Shown here one piece after another: positions 1 to 9,641 of a DNA stretch of 64,000 bases (its first letter is position 1; each line of letters opens with the position of its first letter). A model generated the notes under the pieces. The model was given only the letters and a program-made list of their open reading frames with translations. It made no database searches and had not been told where the DNA came from. The stretch comes from Ignavibacteriota bacterium. Lineage in GTDB: Bacteria; Bacteroidota; Ignavibacteria; UBA10030. A program made the position numbers and the translations under genes. The DNA lies in the NCBI GenBank assembly GCA_963701295.1, contig OY969585.1:1376001-1440000 (forward strand), given 5' to 3'.

Positions 1-10
1 TCAATTAAAA

Positions 11-39
11 AATATAACCGGATATGCCAACAAAGTCAA
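11..39 (-). promoter_or_regulatory. sigma70-type promoter facing out of the window (TTGACT-N17-TATATT)
   Basis: Minus-strand -35 at 34-39, 17-bp spacer, -10 at 11-16; same consensus recurs upstream of many genes here. Confidence 0.55.
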
Positions 40-50
40 CAAAAAATTCA

Positions 51-79
51 TTGCATATCAGATGATTGTCGGCTATATT
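51..79 (+). promoter_or_regulatory. sigma70-type promoter (TTGCAT-N17-TATATT)
   Basis: -35 at 51-56, -10 at 74-79, 60 bp upstream of ATG 139; AGGAG RBS follows. Confidence 0.6.
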
Positions 80-138
80 TATCAACACTAAAACCGCAGG
101 TTTTTTGTTTCAATCAGGAAATAGGAGCATGTTCTATC

Positions 139-2251
139 ATGGCTGTATTAAGCGATATCCGTGAAAAATCTCCAAAATTTATCATTGCCGGTGCGGCAGT
201 TATTTTCATCTTCTTAATTGTTTTCGATTGGGGGCTTGATATAACAAACCGAAGAGGACGTGGAGGTGCTGCCCCTGAGAAGTTTGGTTCAGTGAACGGC
301 AAGGAAGTAAGCTATAAACAGTTCAGCGAACTGGTGCGGCGTACCGTTGAAAATCAAAAGAAACAACAGAACAGTGAAGTGGATGCTGAAACCGAACGAC
401 AAATTCGTTCGCAGGTATGGACCCAAATGGTAGATGAACTACTGTTTGAGCAGGAAATAGATCGGCTCGGCATTACTGTCTCCGATCAGGAGATACTCGA
501 ATATCGTGAACGGCCCGAATCCGCCGGAATTTCTGGTTCAACAGTTTAAAGATTCTACAGGAACTTTTCGAAGGGATGCGTATGTCAATGCTATGCGCGA
601 CCCACAGAACAAGCAGGCATGGATTCAAGTAGAAGAAGGGATTCGTCAGGAGCAGAAACGCCGAAAGCTGCAAAGTCTTCTGCTGGCGACTACTATTGTC
701 AGCGAAAGCGAAGTGAAGCAGCGCTTCATTGACCATGACGTGACTTTGAATGCGAATTACGTTTTATTTGACATCAATCGGTTGGTGCCGGATTCAGCTA
801 TGACTGTGAGCGATAACGACCTGCAGAATCAATACGAGTCTCATCCCGCTGATTTCCAAGCAAAAGCGGCAAGAAAAATAAAATATGTATACTTTAGTCA
901 AAACGCTTCTTCAGAAGATTCAGCAGCGGTTGAGCAGGATGCAAAAAGTTATTTGGAGCAAGCAAAGTCCGGCGTTATGGACTTCGCAGAACTTGCCAAG
1001 ACATATTCCGAAATTCCAGTTACTGACGTATTCTTTAAACATGGCGAATTAAGCAGACAAAAAGAAGATGCGATTTTTTCTGCAAAGAAAGGTGATATCG
1101 TTGGTCCCGTGAAGGACAACGACGGAATCCATATTATTAAAATTCTCGATCAGCGACAGGGAAAATTAGAATTCGTTAAGTCTAGTCACATTCTCCTGAA
1201 TCTCGTATCAGGACCCGATAGTGTAAAAGTAATCCAGAAGGCATATGCACTTCTTGCACAAGCACGCTCCAGCGCAGACTTTGCAAAACTTGCTCGCGAA
1301 AACAGCCAAGATTATGGAACTGCAGTGCAAGGCGGTGAACTTGGCTGGGCATCGAAAGATCGTTATGTAAAACCATTTGCGGATGCTGCATTCAGAACGA
1401 GTGTTGGAGGTATTGTTGGGCCTGTGCGAACGCAATTCGGTTGGCACATTATTAAAGTAACCGGAAGAGATAAACGCGAAATAAAGATTATTGATCTTGC
1501 ATTGAAAGTAAGGGCAAGCGCACAGACAGTTGAAACTGCGTTTCAAAAGGCGCAGGATTTTGGATATTTAGCGAAGGATGAAGGATTCGAGAAAGCTGCA
1601 GAGAATAGTAAATATCAGGTCCTTGAAACTCCCGAGTTCCAAAAAACAGGATCAATTCCAGGTATAGGTCAAAATGATGCGGTAACAAACTTTGCGTTTA
1701 CGAATAAACTTGGAGTGATCAGCGAACCAATCTACGTGCGAGACGGGGTCAGCGTGATAAAAGTGTCGAACATCCGGGAAGAAGGCGTCCGTCCACTTGA
1801 GGAAGTCAAAGGCATCTTGAAATCGATGGCGATAAAGCAGAAAAAAATGGAAAAGATCCACACCCTAGTAGATATTTTCTATAAAACGTTAACACCTTCC
1901 ACTGACATCATTTCAACGGTACAATCCAATCCAAATTTGATTGCTCAGAATACCGGTGCATTCAAACCTACGGATGGTCCTTCAAGTATCGGGCGAGATC
2001 AGAAATTCATCGGCATTGCTCTCTCTTTGAAACAGGGCGAACTGTCCAAACCATTCGAAGGCAATCGTGGTTACTATATTATCCAACTTTTATCGAAGAC
2101 ACCTTTTGATTCAGTGAAGTACAGCTCGGAGCGTGAATCGCTGAGTACACAGCTTTTACAAGAGAAGCGCAACCGTGCATTATCGGACTGGCATACCACG
2201 CTGCGCGAGAAAGCGGATATTGTTGATCATCGGGATAAATTCTTTCGCTGA
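139..2251 (+). CDS. PpiD/SurA-like peptidyl-prolyl cis-trans isomerase, split by an apparent +1 frameshift at ~500
   Basis: ORFs 139..549 (TM anchor, SurA_N-like) and 506..2251 (parvulin motifs SHILL, GGELGW, FGWHII); removing one A at 500/501 gives ILDIVNGPNPP and a single 703-aa frame. Confidence 0.85.
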
Positions 2252-2269
2252 AATTTTTAATTTTTCGAC

Positions 2270-2303
2270 AAGGCGTCTCGATTCATCGGGGCGCTTTTTT
2301 TTT
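2270..2303 (+). terminator. Rho-independent terminator
   Basis: AAGGCGTCTCGAT-TC-ATCGGGGCGCTTT hairpin running into a long T tract right after the PPIase stop. Confidence 0.75.
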
Positions 2304-2313
2304 AGCGCGGACA

Positions 2314-2883
2314 ATGAAAGAAACACTTCACGGAAATAAGAAATCGCTTATTTTCCTTACCGGATTTATGGGAAGCGGGAAGAGTACGATCGGTCCTATT
2401 CTTGCCAATACACTTGGGTATGAGTACGTCGATGTTGATCGGTTCATTGAACAGAAGACAAAGAAAGAGATTGTAGAAATATTTCGTACTGAAGGTGAGA
2501 AAGCGTTTCGTCAATTAGAGCGGAATATATTGCATGAACTTACAAAACTCGATCACTCTGTCATCTCTCTCGGAGGTGGCACGATTGCCAACGAAGAGAA
2601 CTGTCGGATTGTATCTCAGAATGGAATTCTTATCTATATCAAACTTTCGCCAGAAGAAATACTTCAGCGTGTGCAGTATCGAAGTGATCGTCCAATGTTG
2701 AAGGATGCCAATGGCAAGCCTTTGCAAGCGCAAGAATTGGAAAAACGTATTTTGGAACTTCTCTCATCTCGAGAACCGTTCTATTCGCGCGCCGATGTGA
2801 TTATTTGTGCTGATAACATGCGCATTGGAGTAACAGTGGATGAGATTATGAAAAATATTCGCAGCATAATTGAGAAGGAGTAA
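2314..2883 (+). CDS. aroK: shikimate kinase
   Basis: GFMGSGKSTIG P-loop, DVD, GEKAFR, SLGGG, RPML; adjacent to aroB. Confidence 0.95.
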   Translation: MKETLHGNKKSLIFLTGFMGSGKSTIGPILANTLGYEYVDVDRFIEQKTKKEIVEIFRTEGEKAFRQLERNILHELTKLDHSVISLGGGTIANEENCRIVSQNGILIYIKLSPEEILQRVQYRSDRPMLKDANGKPLQAQELEKRILELLSSREPFYSRADVIICADNMRIGVTVDEIMKNIRSIIEKE

Positions 2884-2887
2884 TCCT

Positions 2888-3988
2888 ATGGTTCACCGGC
2901 AAATCGATGTTGCACTGGGCGACCGTTCGTACCCTCTTGTTACGGGTACCGATATGCTTTCATCATTCGCTCCTGTATGCCGCCAGCATGGGATTTCGGA
3001 TACCGTCGTGATTATAACAGATCGGAATGTTGCGCGTTTTCATCTCCAGCCGTTGCTGCGAAATCTTCTTCACCATAAATTCCGACCTCTAATAATTACA
3101 ATTCCGGCGGGAGAGACACAAAAAACTCTCACAAGTGCGAATAAACTCTTTACAGAAATGTTGAAAAAAAGAATTCCACGCAATGCGGCTATCATCGCTT
3201 TAGGCGGCGGTGTGATTGGTGATCTTGCGGGATTTGTGGCGGCAACCTATCAACGCGGCATGAAGCTGGTCCAAGTTCCGACAACATTGCTTGCCCAAGT
3301 GGATAGCTCTATCGGGGGAAAAGTCGGTGTGAATCATCCCTTAGGAAAGAATATGATTGGTGCGTTCCACCAGCCTATATTTGTGTGGATGGATACCGAT
3401 TATCTAAAAACACTGCCAACGCGCGAAATGATTTGCGGTTTAGGAGAAGTTATCAAATATGGCGTCATACGCGATACGGAGTTGTTTGCCTACCTTGAAT
3501 CGCATCTTGAAGAAGTAGTACAGCTTGATGTTGAAGCAGTGATGCATGTGCAAGCGGCATGTGCGGCTATTAAAGCAGAAATTGTCTCGCAGGATGAAAG
3601 AGAATCTGGAATCCGCATCATTCTCAATTATGGACACACGATTGGTCATGGATTGGAATCTGCCGGTCGTTACAAACTCCTGAAGCATGGCGAAGCAGTG
3701 CTCCTGGGAATGATTAGTGAAGCTTCTATCGCCAAAGAAATGAAATTGTTAGATGCGAATTCTTATGAGCGGCTCGTCTCCCTCATCCGCCACGCGCCGA
3801 TGAAGGCGAAGCTTTCCTCATTGAAGATGGCAGACATTGTAAATGCTATGGGCCGCGACAAGAAGCGTGTTGCAAAGAAACTTCGCTTCGTTCTACCGAC
3901 GAAGATTGGCGAAGTGAAGGTCGTGGATGATGTGGATCCGAATCTGATTCGATCAGCGGTGAAAGAAATACTCAAAGCGAAGCGATAA
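2888..3988 (+). CDS. aroB: 3-dehydroquinate synthase
   Basis: GGGVIGDLAGF, PTTLLAQVDSSIGGK, KNMIGAF, LNYGHTIGH, HGEAV; ATG 2888 preferred over overlapping TTG 2870. Confidence 0.95.
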   Translation: MVHRQIDVALGDRSYPLVTGTDMLSSFAPVCRQHGISDTVVIITDRNVARFHLQPLLRNLLHHKFRPLIITIPAGETQKTLTSANKLFTEMLKKRIPRNAAIIALGGGVIGDLAGFVAATYQRGMKLVQVPTTLLAQVDSSIGGKVGVNHPLGKNMIGAFHQPIFVWMDTDYLKTLPTREMICGLGEVIKYGVIRDTELFAYLESHLEEVVQLDVEAVMHVQAACAAIKAEIVSQDERESGIRIILNYGHTIGHGLESAGRYKLLKHGEAVLLGMISEASIAKEMKLLDANSYERLVSLIRHAPMKAKLSSLKMADIVNAMGRDKKRVAKKLRFVLPTKIGEVKVVDDVDPNLIRSAVKEILKAKR

Positions 3989-4032
3989 CTTTTCGTACCT
4001 TCGATGGAGGAGGACGGTACTCATGAGAATTT

Positions 4033-6345
4033 CTACCATGTCACCTTGCTATTTTTTCTTATGTTCTCACCTTCCTTATCCCGATTCCAATCAGCAGAGG
4101 TATGTTTGTCACACAGGCCAATGGGAAATTTTACATTGAAGATTTCTGTTGTCTTATTCGGACACCATTCGCGCGCTTTCTTTTTCGTATCGACACAAAT
4201 CGTATCCGTGATAATACCCTCCGGTTGAACGAAATACTCCGGCAATAAACTGATGGAAGAATCTTCATATACCTTCTGCATAAACCGGCCGAAGATCGGT
4301 GCGGCTGCAACACCACCCTGACCATTGTGACTTCCTAGGCGAATGCGGGGTTCATCAAATCCAACCCATGCCCCAGCCACCAGTTGAGGAGTAAATCCGA
4401 CGAACCAAGCATCGGCATAATCGTTTGTTGTTCCAGTCTTGCCTGCACAGGTTCCGGTGAAGTACCTGCGTACACTACTTCCCGTTCCGCCATTCACTCC
4501 GCCTTTCAGCAAATCGGTCATGAGGTAAGCGGTTTCTTTACTCAATACTTCTTTCTTATTTGGTGCATTATCTTCAATTACGTTCCCATCTTTATCTTCG
4601 ATACGAAGGATGGCGATAGGTGAGACAAGCACGCCTTCATTTGGATACACGCCATATGCCGATGTCAGTTCCAATGGTGATACTTCAACTGTACCGAGCG
4701 CAAGGGACTCATATGCCGGTACACGGGACGTGATGCCCATCCGGTGTGCATATTCAGAGACCTGTTTAGCAGGAGCGATTTCAAGAATAACACGCACAGC
4801 AATAAGATTTTTTGAATGCTTTATTCCCTCACGTAATGTGAATTTGCCGCCGATATCTTTATCATAATTTTCCGGTGCCCAGCGGGTACCATCAGGCATT
4901 GGAATAGTGACGGGTTGGTTCAACACCTCGTAGCACACCGGATATCCGTTATCGAGTGCTACAGTATAGACGAATGGTTTAAAAGCCGAACCGGGCTGTC
5001 GATGAATTTGTGTCACATGATTCAATCCATATTTAAATGTGCGATAATTCCGACCGCCAACCATTGCTTTGATCTGTCCCGTATGCGGATCGATGACAAC
5101 AAACCCTACTTCAAGCGTCTGTGCTGCCCTTTTTATTGAATCGATAAATGCACGGCTACCAAGCAATAGTGTACGAATACTATCATGGATCGCCACATTA
5201 TGAGATTTACGGTATAATTCATCATCTCGAATTGCTTTATTGATGACGTCATTCAAGATATCGGGATGTTCTTTCCAATCCCATGTCGAATCGAATGCTG
5301 TTTGGAAATCCTTCAGATGATCTTCGATGGCTGAAATCGCATGCCGCTGCATTCGGCTATCGAGCGAAGTATAAATACGCAGACCATCCCGGTATATGTC
5401 ATAGCCATGTGTTTCAGCTTTTTTCAGAAGCTGGCGGCGGATCCATTCCACAAAGTGCGGCGCAATGCCGGAGCGAAACTCTGATTCGATAGTTTTGAGA
5501 TCGAGCGAATCAGTTCGAATTTGCTTTGCCATTTCCTCGGTGAAGAATCCTTCTTTCACCATTTGATCGATCACCACATCGCGGCGCGCTAGGGCACGAT
5601 CGCTGTGTTGAATGGGATCGTAATAATTTGGTCCTTTGAGCATGCCGATGAATAGGGTGTACTCAGGTGGTGTCAACTCGGTAGCAGGTTTACCAAAGTA
5701 TGTCTGTGCAGCGGATTCGATACCATAGGCGTTTTTCCCAAAGTAGGCGACATTTAAATACAGCTCAAGAATTTCATTTTTTGTAAAATTGCGCTCAATT
5801 TGTATAGACGTGAGAAATTCACGAATCTTTCTTGTGATCTTGTCAAAAATTGATTCACGTTTACTTTGCAGCTTGTACAAATTACGCGCGAGCTGTTGAG
5901 TGATAGTGCTTGCTCCTGCTTGGCGGAAGGTGACGACATTGAGAATCATTTGCCGGATGAACCGTGATAAATTAACACCCCAATGGTTATAAAAGTCCTT
6001 GTCTTCTGTTGCAATCAATCCTTTGATCAATCCGGGAGGAAGTTCATCGAGTGAAATGCGTGTTCGGTTCTTATATGCGAACTGATCCAGTACTTCACCA
6101 TCGATAGAATAGATTTTTGTTGCGAGCTCCGGTCTTGGATTTTCCAATTGATCTAGGGTTGGCAGCCCTTGAATAATGTACACAGAGTACCATGTTGTCA
6201 GCATGATAAAAATGAAAATGATACCGTAGAGAATCAAATGCTTTCGGTCGAAGTATTTTTTATTAAGTTTCATATGGGTATGCCGGTATTCCGGATCATT
6301 GAAATACCGTTCCATCTCTTCCGAACTAAATTTTCGATCAGCCAT
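4033..6345 (-). CDS. class A penicillin-binding protein (PBP1A family)
   Basis: N-terminal TM, transglycosylase motifs EDKDFY and GASTITQQLARN, transpeptidase motifs SAFK, SKN, GKTG. Confidence 0.95.
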   Translation of the reverse strand: MADRKFSSEEMERYFNDPEYRHTHMKLNKKYFDRKHLILYGIIFIFIMLTTWYSVYIIQGLPTLDQLENPRPELATKIYSIDGEVLDQFAYKNRTRISLDELPPGLIKGLIATEDKDFYNHWGVNLSRFIRQMILNVVTFRQAGASTITQQLARNLYKLQSKRESIFDKITRKIREFLTSIQIERNFTKNEILELYLNVAYFGKNAYGIESAAQTYFGKPATELTPPEYTLFIGMLKGPNYYDPIQHSDRALARRDVVIDQMVKEGFFTEEMAKQIRTDSLDLKTIESEFRSGIAPHFVEWIRRQLLKKAETHGYDIYRDGLRIYTSLDSRMQRHAISAIEDHLKDFQTAFDSTWDWKEHPDILNDVINKAIRDDELYRKSHNVAIHDSIRTLLLGSRAFIDSIKRAAQTLEVGFVVIDPHTGQIKAMVGGRNYRTFKYGLNHVTQIHRQPGSAFKPFVYTVALDNGYPVCYEVLNQPVTIPMPDGTRWAPENYDKDIGGKFTLREGIKHSKNLIAVRVILEIAPAKQVSEYAHRMGITSRVPAYESLALGTVEVSPLELTSAYGVYPNEGVLVSPIAILRIEDKDGNVIEDNAPNKKEVLSKETAYLMTDLLKGGVNGGTGSSVRRYFTGTCAGKTGTTNDYADAWFVGFTPQLVAGAWVGFDEPRIRLGSHNGQGGVAAAPIFGRFMQKVYEDSSISLLPEYFVQPEGIITDTICVDTKKKAREWCPNKTTEIFNVKFPIGLCDKHTSADWNRDKEGENIRKNSKVTW

Positions 6346-6373
6346 TATGTATCGCTCGATTCACGCGACTCAA

Positions 6374-7138
6374 TTAATTTGTAAACTTTTTGAGTTCCAT
6401 TTTTTTTCCATCGTACACTGCGTATGTGTTCTCAATAATCCAATCACCAAGGTTAACATATACTCCGTTTCCGATTTTTTGATGCGATGAGATATGGTTG
6501 TGTCCCATTACGACAAAATCAAATCCATTCCGAAGCTTTTGTGCTGCAAATTCCACCATACCGCTGCTTTCGTACGTTCTGTTGCTCGTGTAGCGCCGGC
6601 TCGTCCGCGATGACCACCGCGCAATCCATCCGGTCACATCCGGATGAATGAGGGAAAAGAGGAATATGTTCAATCTGTTGCGAAGAATTTTCTTGAGGAT
6701 CTTATAACCGATATCGCCTTTCAGTAATCCATCACCATGATGGATGAGGAAACGTTTCCCGCCAATTTCCGTTTCAATGGGATCGAGGTACACTTCCAGA
6801 CCAAGTTCAGTACGGAAGTAGTCTTTCACCCAAAAATCGTGATTGCCTGCAGTGAAAAACACGCGAATATCTCGTTCGGTTGTCTCGGCAAGTTTTGCAA
6901 AAAGACGAAAATATTTTTTAGGAACAACCGTTTTATATTCAAACCAGTAATCGAACAAATCACCAACGATGAATATCTGTGCGGCGTCATGTTGGATAAA
7001 ATCTAAAAAACGGATTAGGCGCAATTCTCTTTGTTGATCCTCTTCAGGAGAGCCAAGGCCGAGATGAGCGTCGGAGAAGAAATATGTTTTATGTCGTGTC
7101 GCTGTTTTTTGCTGTATCCAGGGTTTCGTTGTTTTCAT
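6374..7138 (-). CDS. lpxH: UDP-2,3-diacylglucosamine diphosphatase (LpxH-like metallophosphoesterase)
   Basis: SDAHLG, GDLFD, GNHD, HGD, GHNH, NLGDW motifs. Confidence 0.85.
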   Translation of the reverse strand: MKTTKPWIQQKTATRHKTYFFSDAHLGLGSPEEDQQRELRLIRFLDFIQHDAAQIFIVGDLFDYWFEYKTVVPKKYFRLFAKLAETTERDIRVFFTAGNHDFWVKDYFRTELGLEVYLDPIETEIGGKRFLIHHGDGLLKGDIGYKILKKILRNRLNIFLFSLIHPDVTGWIARWSSRTSRRYTSNRTYESSGMVEFAAQKLRNGFDFVVMGHNHISSHQKIGNGVYVNLGDWIIENTYAVYDGKKMELKKFTN

Positions 7139-7212
7139 TTCATGGAGCCAATCTGTTGAATTAGATACAGAAAAATTGAAGGAAAATCAAGAAACGCTTT
7201 TCACGTCCTACC

Positions 7213-7241
7213 TTGCTTCTCGAAACTGATTTCTTTATTAT
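7213..7241 (+). promoter_or_regulatory. sigma70-type promoter (TTGCTT-N17-TATTAT)
   Basis: 17-bp spacer, about 20 bp upstream of the fni ATG. Confidence 0.45.
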
Positions 7242-7260
7242 TCAATCGAGAAAATAATGT

Positions 7261-8328
7261 ATGAGAACCACGCGGACATCGTCACGCAAACAACAGCATA
7301 TAGATATTAGCTTAACCAAAGATGTCTCTTTTTGCACTAAGACAGCCGGTTTTGAACACTGGGATTTCTTACACAATGCCCTGCCAGAATTGAATCTGTC
7401 CGATGTTGATCCGTCAACATCGTTCCTGGGAAAAAAAATGGCGTTTCCATTTATCATTTCCAGCATGACCGGTGGTTACACAGACGCTATAAAAATCAAC
7501 CGGCAGCTTGCGGAAGTGTGTGCAATCAAAAAGATTGCCATGGGCGTGGGCAGTCAGCGTCAGGCGCTGGAAGATGATCAATATCATCGCTCATTTTCTG
7601 TAGTGCGCGAAGTAGCAGACAATATCCCGGTGTTCGGGAATATTGGCGCGGCAGAAGTGGCAAAGTTACGAGATGCATCACCGATACTTCGTTTGGTTGA
7701 GTTGATTCATGCAGATGGGTTTGCCATTCATCTCAATCCTGTTCAGGAATTACTTCAGCCAGAGGGTGATACAAACTTCCAGGGAGTGCTTGCCGGAATT
7801 GAAATGCTGATGAAAGCAATTCCTGTTCCACTGATTGTGAAAGAAATCGGTGCAGGTATCTCCGCAGACGTTGCACAGCGACTCATCGATAGTGGAGTAA
7901 TGATCATTGATGTTGCTGGAGCAGGAGGAACCAGTTGGGCTGGCGTTGAGATCTTAAGAGGGAAGAAAAAAGATGGAAAAAGGAAGAATGAAGAAATGAG
8001 ATTGAACTTGCAAGAGTTTTGGGATTGGGGAATTCCCACAATAGATGCGCTGAGGAGTGTGTGTATAGTAAAGAGTAAATCATCCGGGGTGAAAGTGATA
8101 TCATCCGGCGGCATTTCCAATGGTATCGACATTGCGAAGTCTTTAGCGTTCGGCGCTGATTACGCTGCTGTTGCACGGCCCATTCTAAAGGCACTCGCAA
8201 ACGGCGGAGTAAAATCAGTTCTCCGACTTATCGATAAGTGGGAATGTGAATTAAAAGGTGCAATGTTTTTGACTGGTTCGCGATCTATAGCAGTGCTGCA
8301 GAAGCAGCAGATGATTCCGAGAGTGTGA
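7261..8328 (+). CDS. fni: type 2 isopentenyl-diphosphate delta-isomerase
   Basis: RKxxHI, SMTGG, GVGSQR, NIG, HLNPVQE, PEGD, VKEIG, GAGGTSW, WGIPT. Confidence 0.95.
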   Translation: MRTTRTSSRKQQHIDISLTKDVSFCTKTAGFEHWDFLHNALPELNLSDVDPSTSFLGKKMAFPFIISSMTGGYTDAIKINRQLAEVCAIKKIAMGVGSQRQALEDDQYHRSFSVVREVADNIPVFGNIGAAEVAKLRDASPILRLVELIHADGFAIHLNPVQELLQPEGDTNFQGVLAGIEMLMKAIPVPLIVKEIGAGISADVAQRLIDSGVMIIDVAGAGGTSWAGVEILRGKKKDGKRKNEEMRLNLQEFWDWGIPTIDALRSVCIVKSKSSGVKVISSGGISNGIDIAKSLAFGADYAAVARPILKALANGGVKSVLRLIDKWECELKGAMFLTGSRSIAVLQKQQMIPRV

Positions 8329-9314
8329 GAAAAATTATGAATCCAGAACAAAGGTATGAGCGGCATAAAATAGTCGTCGAGAGGTATCTTCGCGGTTTCA
8401 TCAGCGAACATAAACCAAAGACGCTGTACGCTCCGGCGAAATATGTTCTCGCAGCCGGTGGCAAACGAATACGTCCGGTATTGACATTGCTTGCTTGCGA
8501 AGCTGTTGGTGGTGTTGCAAGCGATGCGCTGCATGCTGGAGCGGGAATTGAAATCCTACATAATTTTACACTGGTTCACGATGACATAATGGACCATGCA
8601 CAAACACGACGTGGCCGTCTTACCGTCCATAAGAAGTGGGATGAAAACATTGCGATTCTCTCAGGCGATGTGCTTCTTGGACTAGCCCATCGTGCTTTGC
8701 TTAGAACAAAATCATCATGTATTCAAGAGATCAGTAAATTGTTCACTGAAAGCGTTATCACAGTGTGTGAGGGGCAATCGTTAGATAAGGAATTCGAGAC
8801 ACGCCATCGCGTTCATGTGAATGAATATCTGTTAATGATCGAAAAGAAAACCGGAAAACTCGTCTCTGCTGCGACGCAGATTGGTGCACTTATCGGGAAG
8901 GCCACTCCGACAGAATTGGAAGCACTACGGCTGTACGGTGAGTATGTCGGACGTGCATTTCAACTTCAAGATGACCTGCTCGATATTGTTGCTAATGAGA
9001 AGGAGTTTGGCAAGGCCATCGGTGGCGACTTAGTTGAAGGCAAGAAAACATTTCTACTACTCGAGGCCATGCGCCGTGCAAAGGGGAAGGAAAAAAAGAT
9101 GCTCCACCATGTGTTCACTGACGGTGGTGTGCCGCGTAAACAGGTACCATTATTTCGAAGAATCTATGAAGAAACAGGCGCCATTGATTCTGCGAGGAAA
9201 AGAATTGAAACCGACATTACAGAAGCGAAGAATCAACTCGTCGCCTTGCCGACTTCCACGGCGCGCGAAACTCTTCGTTGGCTGGCGGAAAAATTAATGA
9301 ATAGAACCTACTAA
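8325..9314 (+). CDS. polyprenyl diphosphate synthase (GGPP/FPP synthase family)
   Basis: GGKRIRP, LVHDDIMD (FARM), RRG, KTG, FQLQDDLLD (SARM), DLVEGK. Confidence 0.92.
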   Translation: MRKIMNPEQRYERHKIVVERYLRGFISEHKPKTLYAPAKYVLAAGGKRIRPVLTLLACEAVGGVASDALHAGAGIEILHNFTLVHDDIMDHAQTRRGRLTVHKKWDENIAILSGDVLLGLAHRALLRTKSSCIQEISKLFTESVITVCEGQSLDKEFETRHRVHVNEYLLMIEKKTGKLVSAATQIGALIGKATPTELEALRLYGEYVGRAFQLQDDLLDIVANEKEFGKAIGGDLVEGKKTFLLLEAMRRAKGKEKKMLHHVFTDGGVPRKQVPLFRRIYEETGAIDSARKRIETDITEAKNQLVALPTSTARETLRWLAEKLMNRTY

Positions 9315-9329
9315 TGGTATGTGTCGTGA

Positions 9330-9599
9330 ATGATTGAACGAGAAGTAACGATTCGGAATCGGGCGGGTCTGCATACTCGACCCGCTGCATCGATTGTCAA
9401 ACTGGCGGCGAAATTCCAATCCGAGTTTTTTATCGAAAAAGACAGCTTTCAAATCAATGGTAAAAGTATCATCGGCGTGATGACGCTGGCCGCAGAACAG
9501 GGTTCTAAGCTCTTAGTGCGCTTTAATGGACCTGATGAAGAAGAAGCGTACCGAGCCATGGCTGAGCTGTTTGATAGCGGCTTCGGTGAACCTATATAA
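9330..9599 (+). CDS. ptsH: phosphocarrier protein HPr
   Basis: GLHTRP (His15) and NGKSIIGVM (Ser46). Confidence 0.95.
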   Translation: MIEREVTIRNRAGLHTRPAASIVKLAAKFQSEFFIEKDSFQINGKSIIGVMTLAAEQGSKLLVRFNGPDEEEAYRAMAELFDSGFGEPI

Positions 9600-9641
9600 T
9601 TACGAAGAAATGGATTTTTATAAATTCCGAATAGGTACAAA

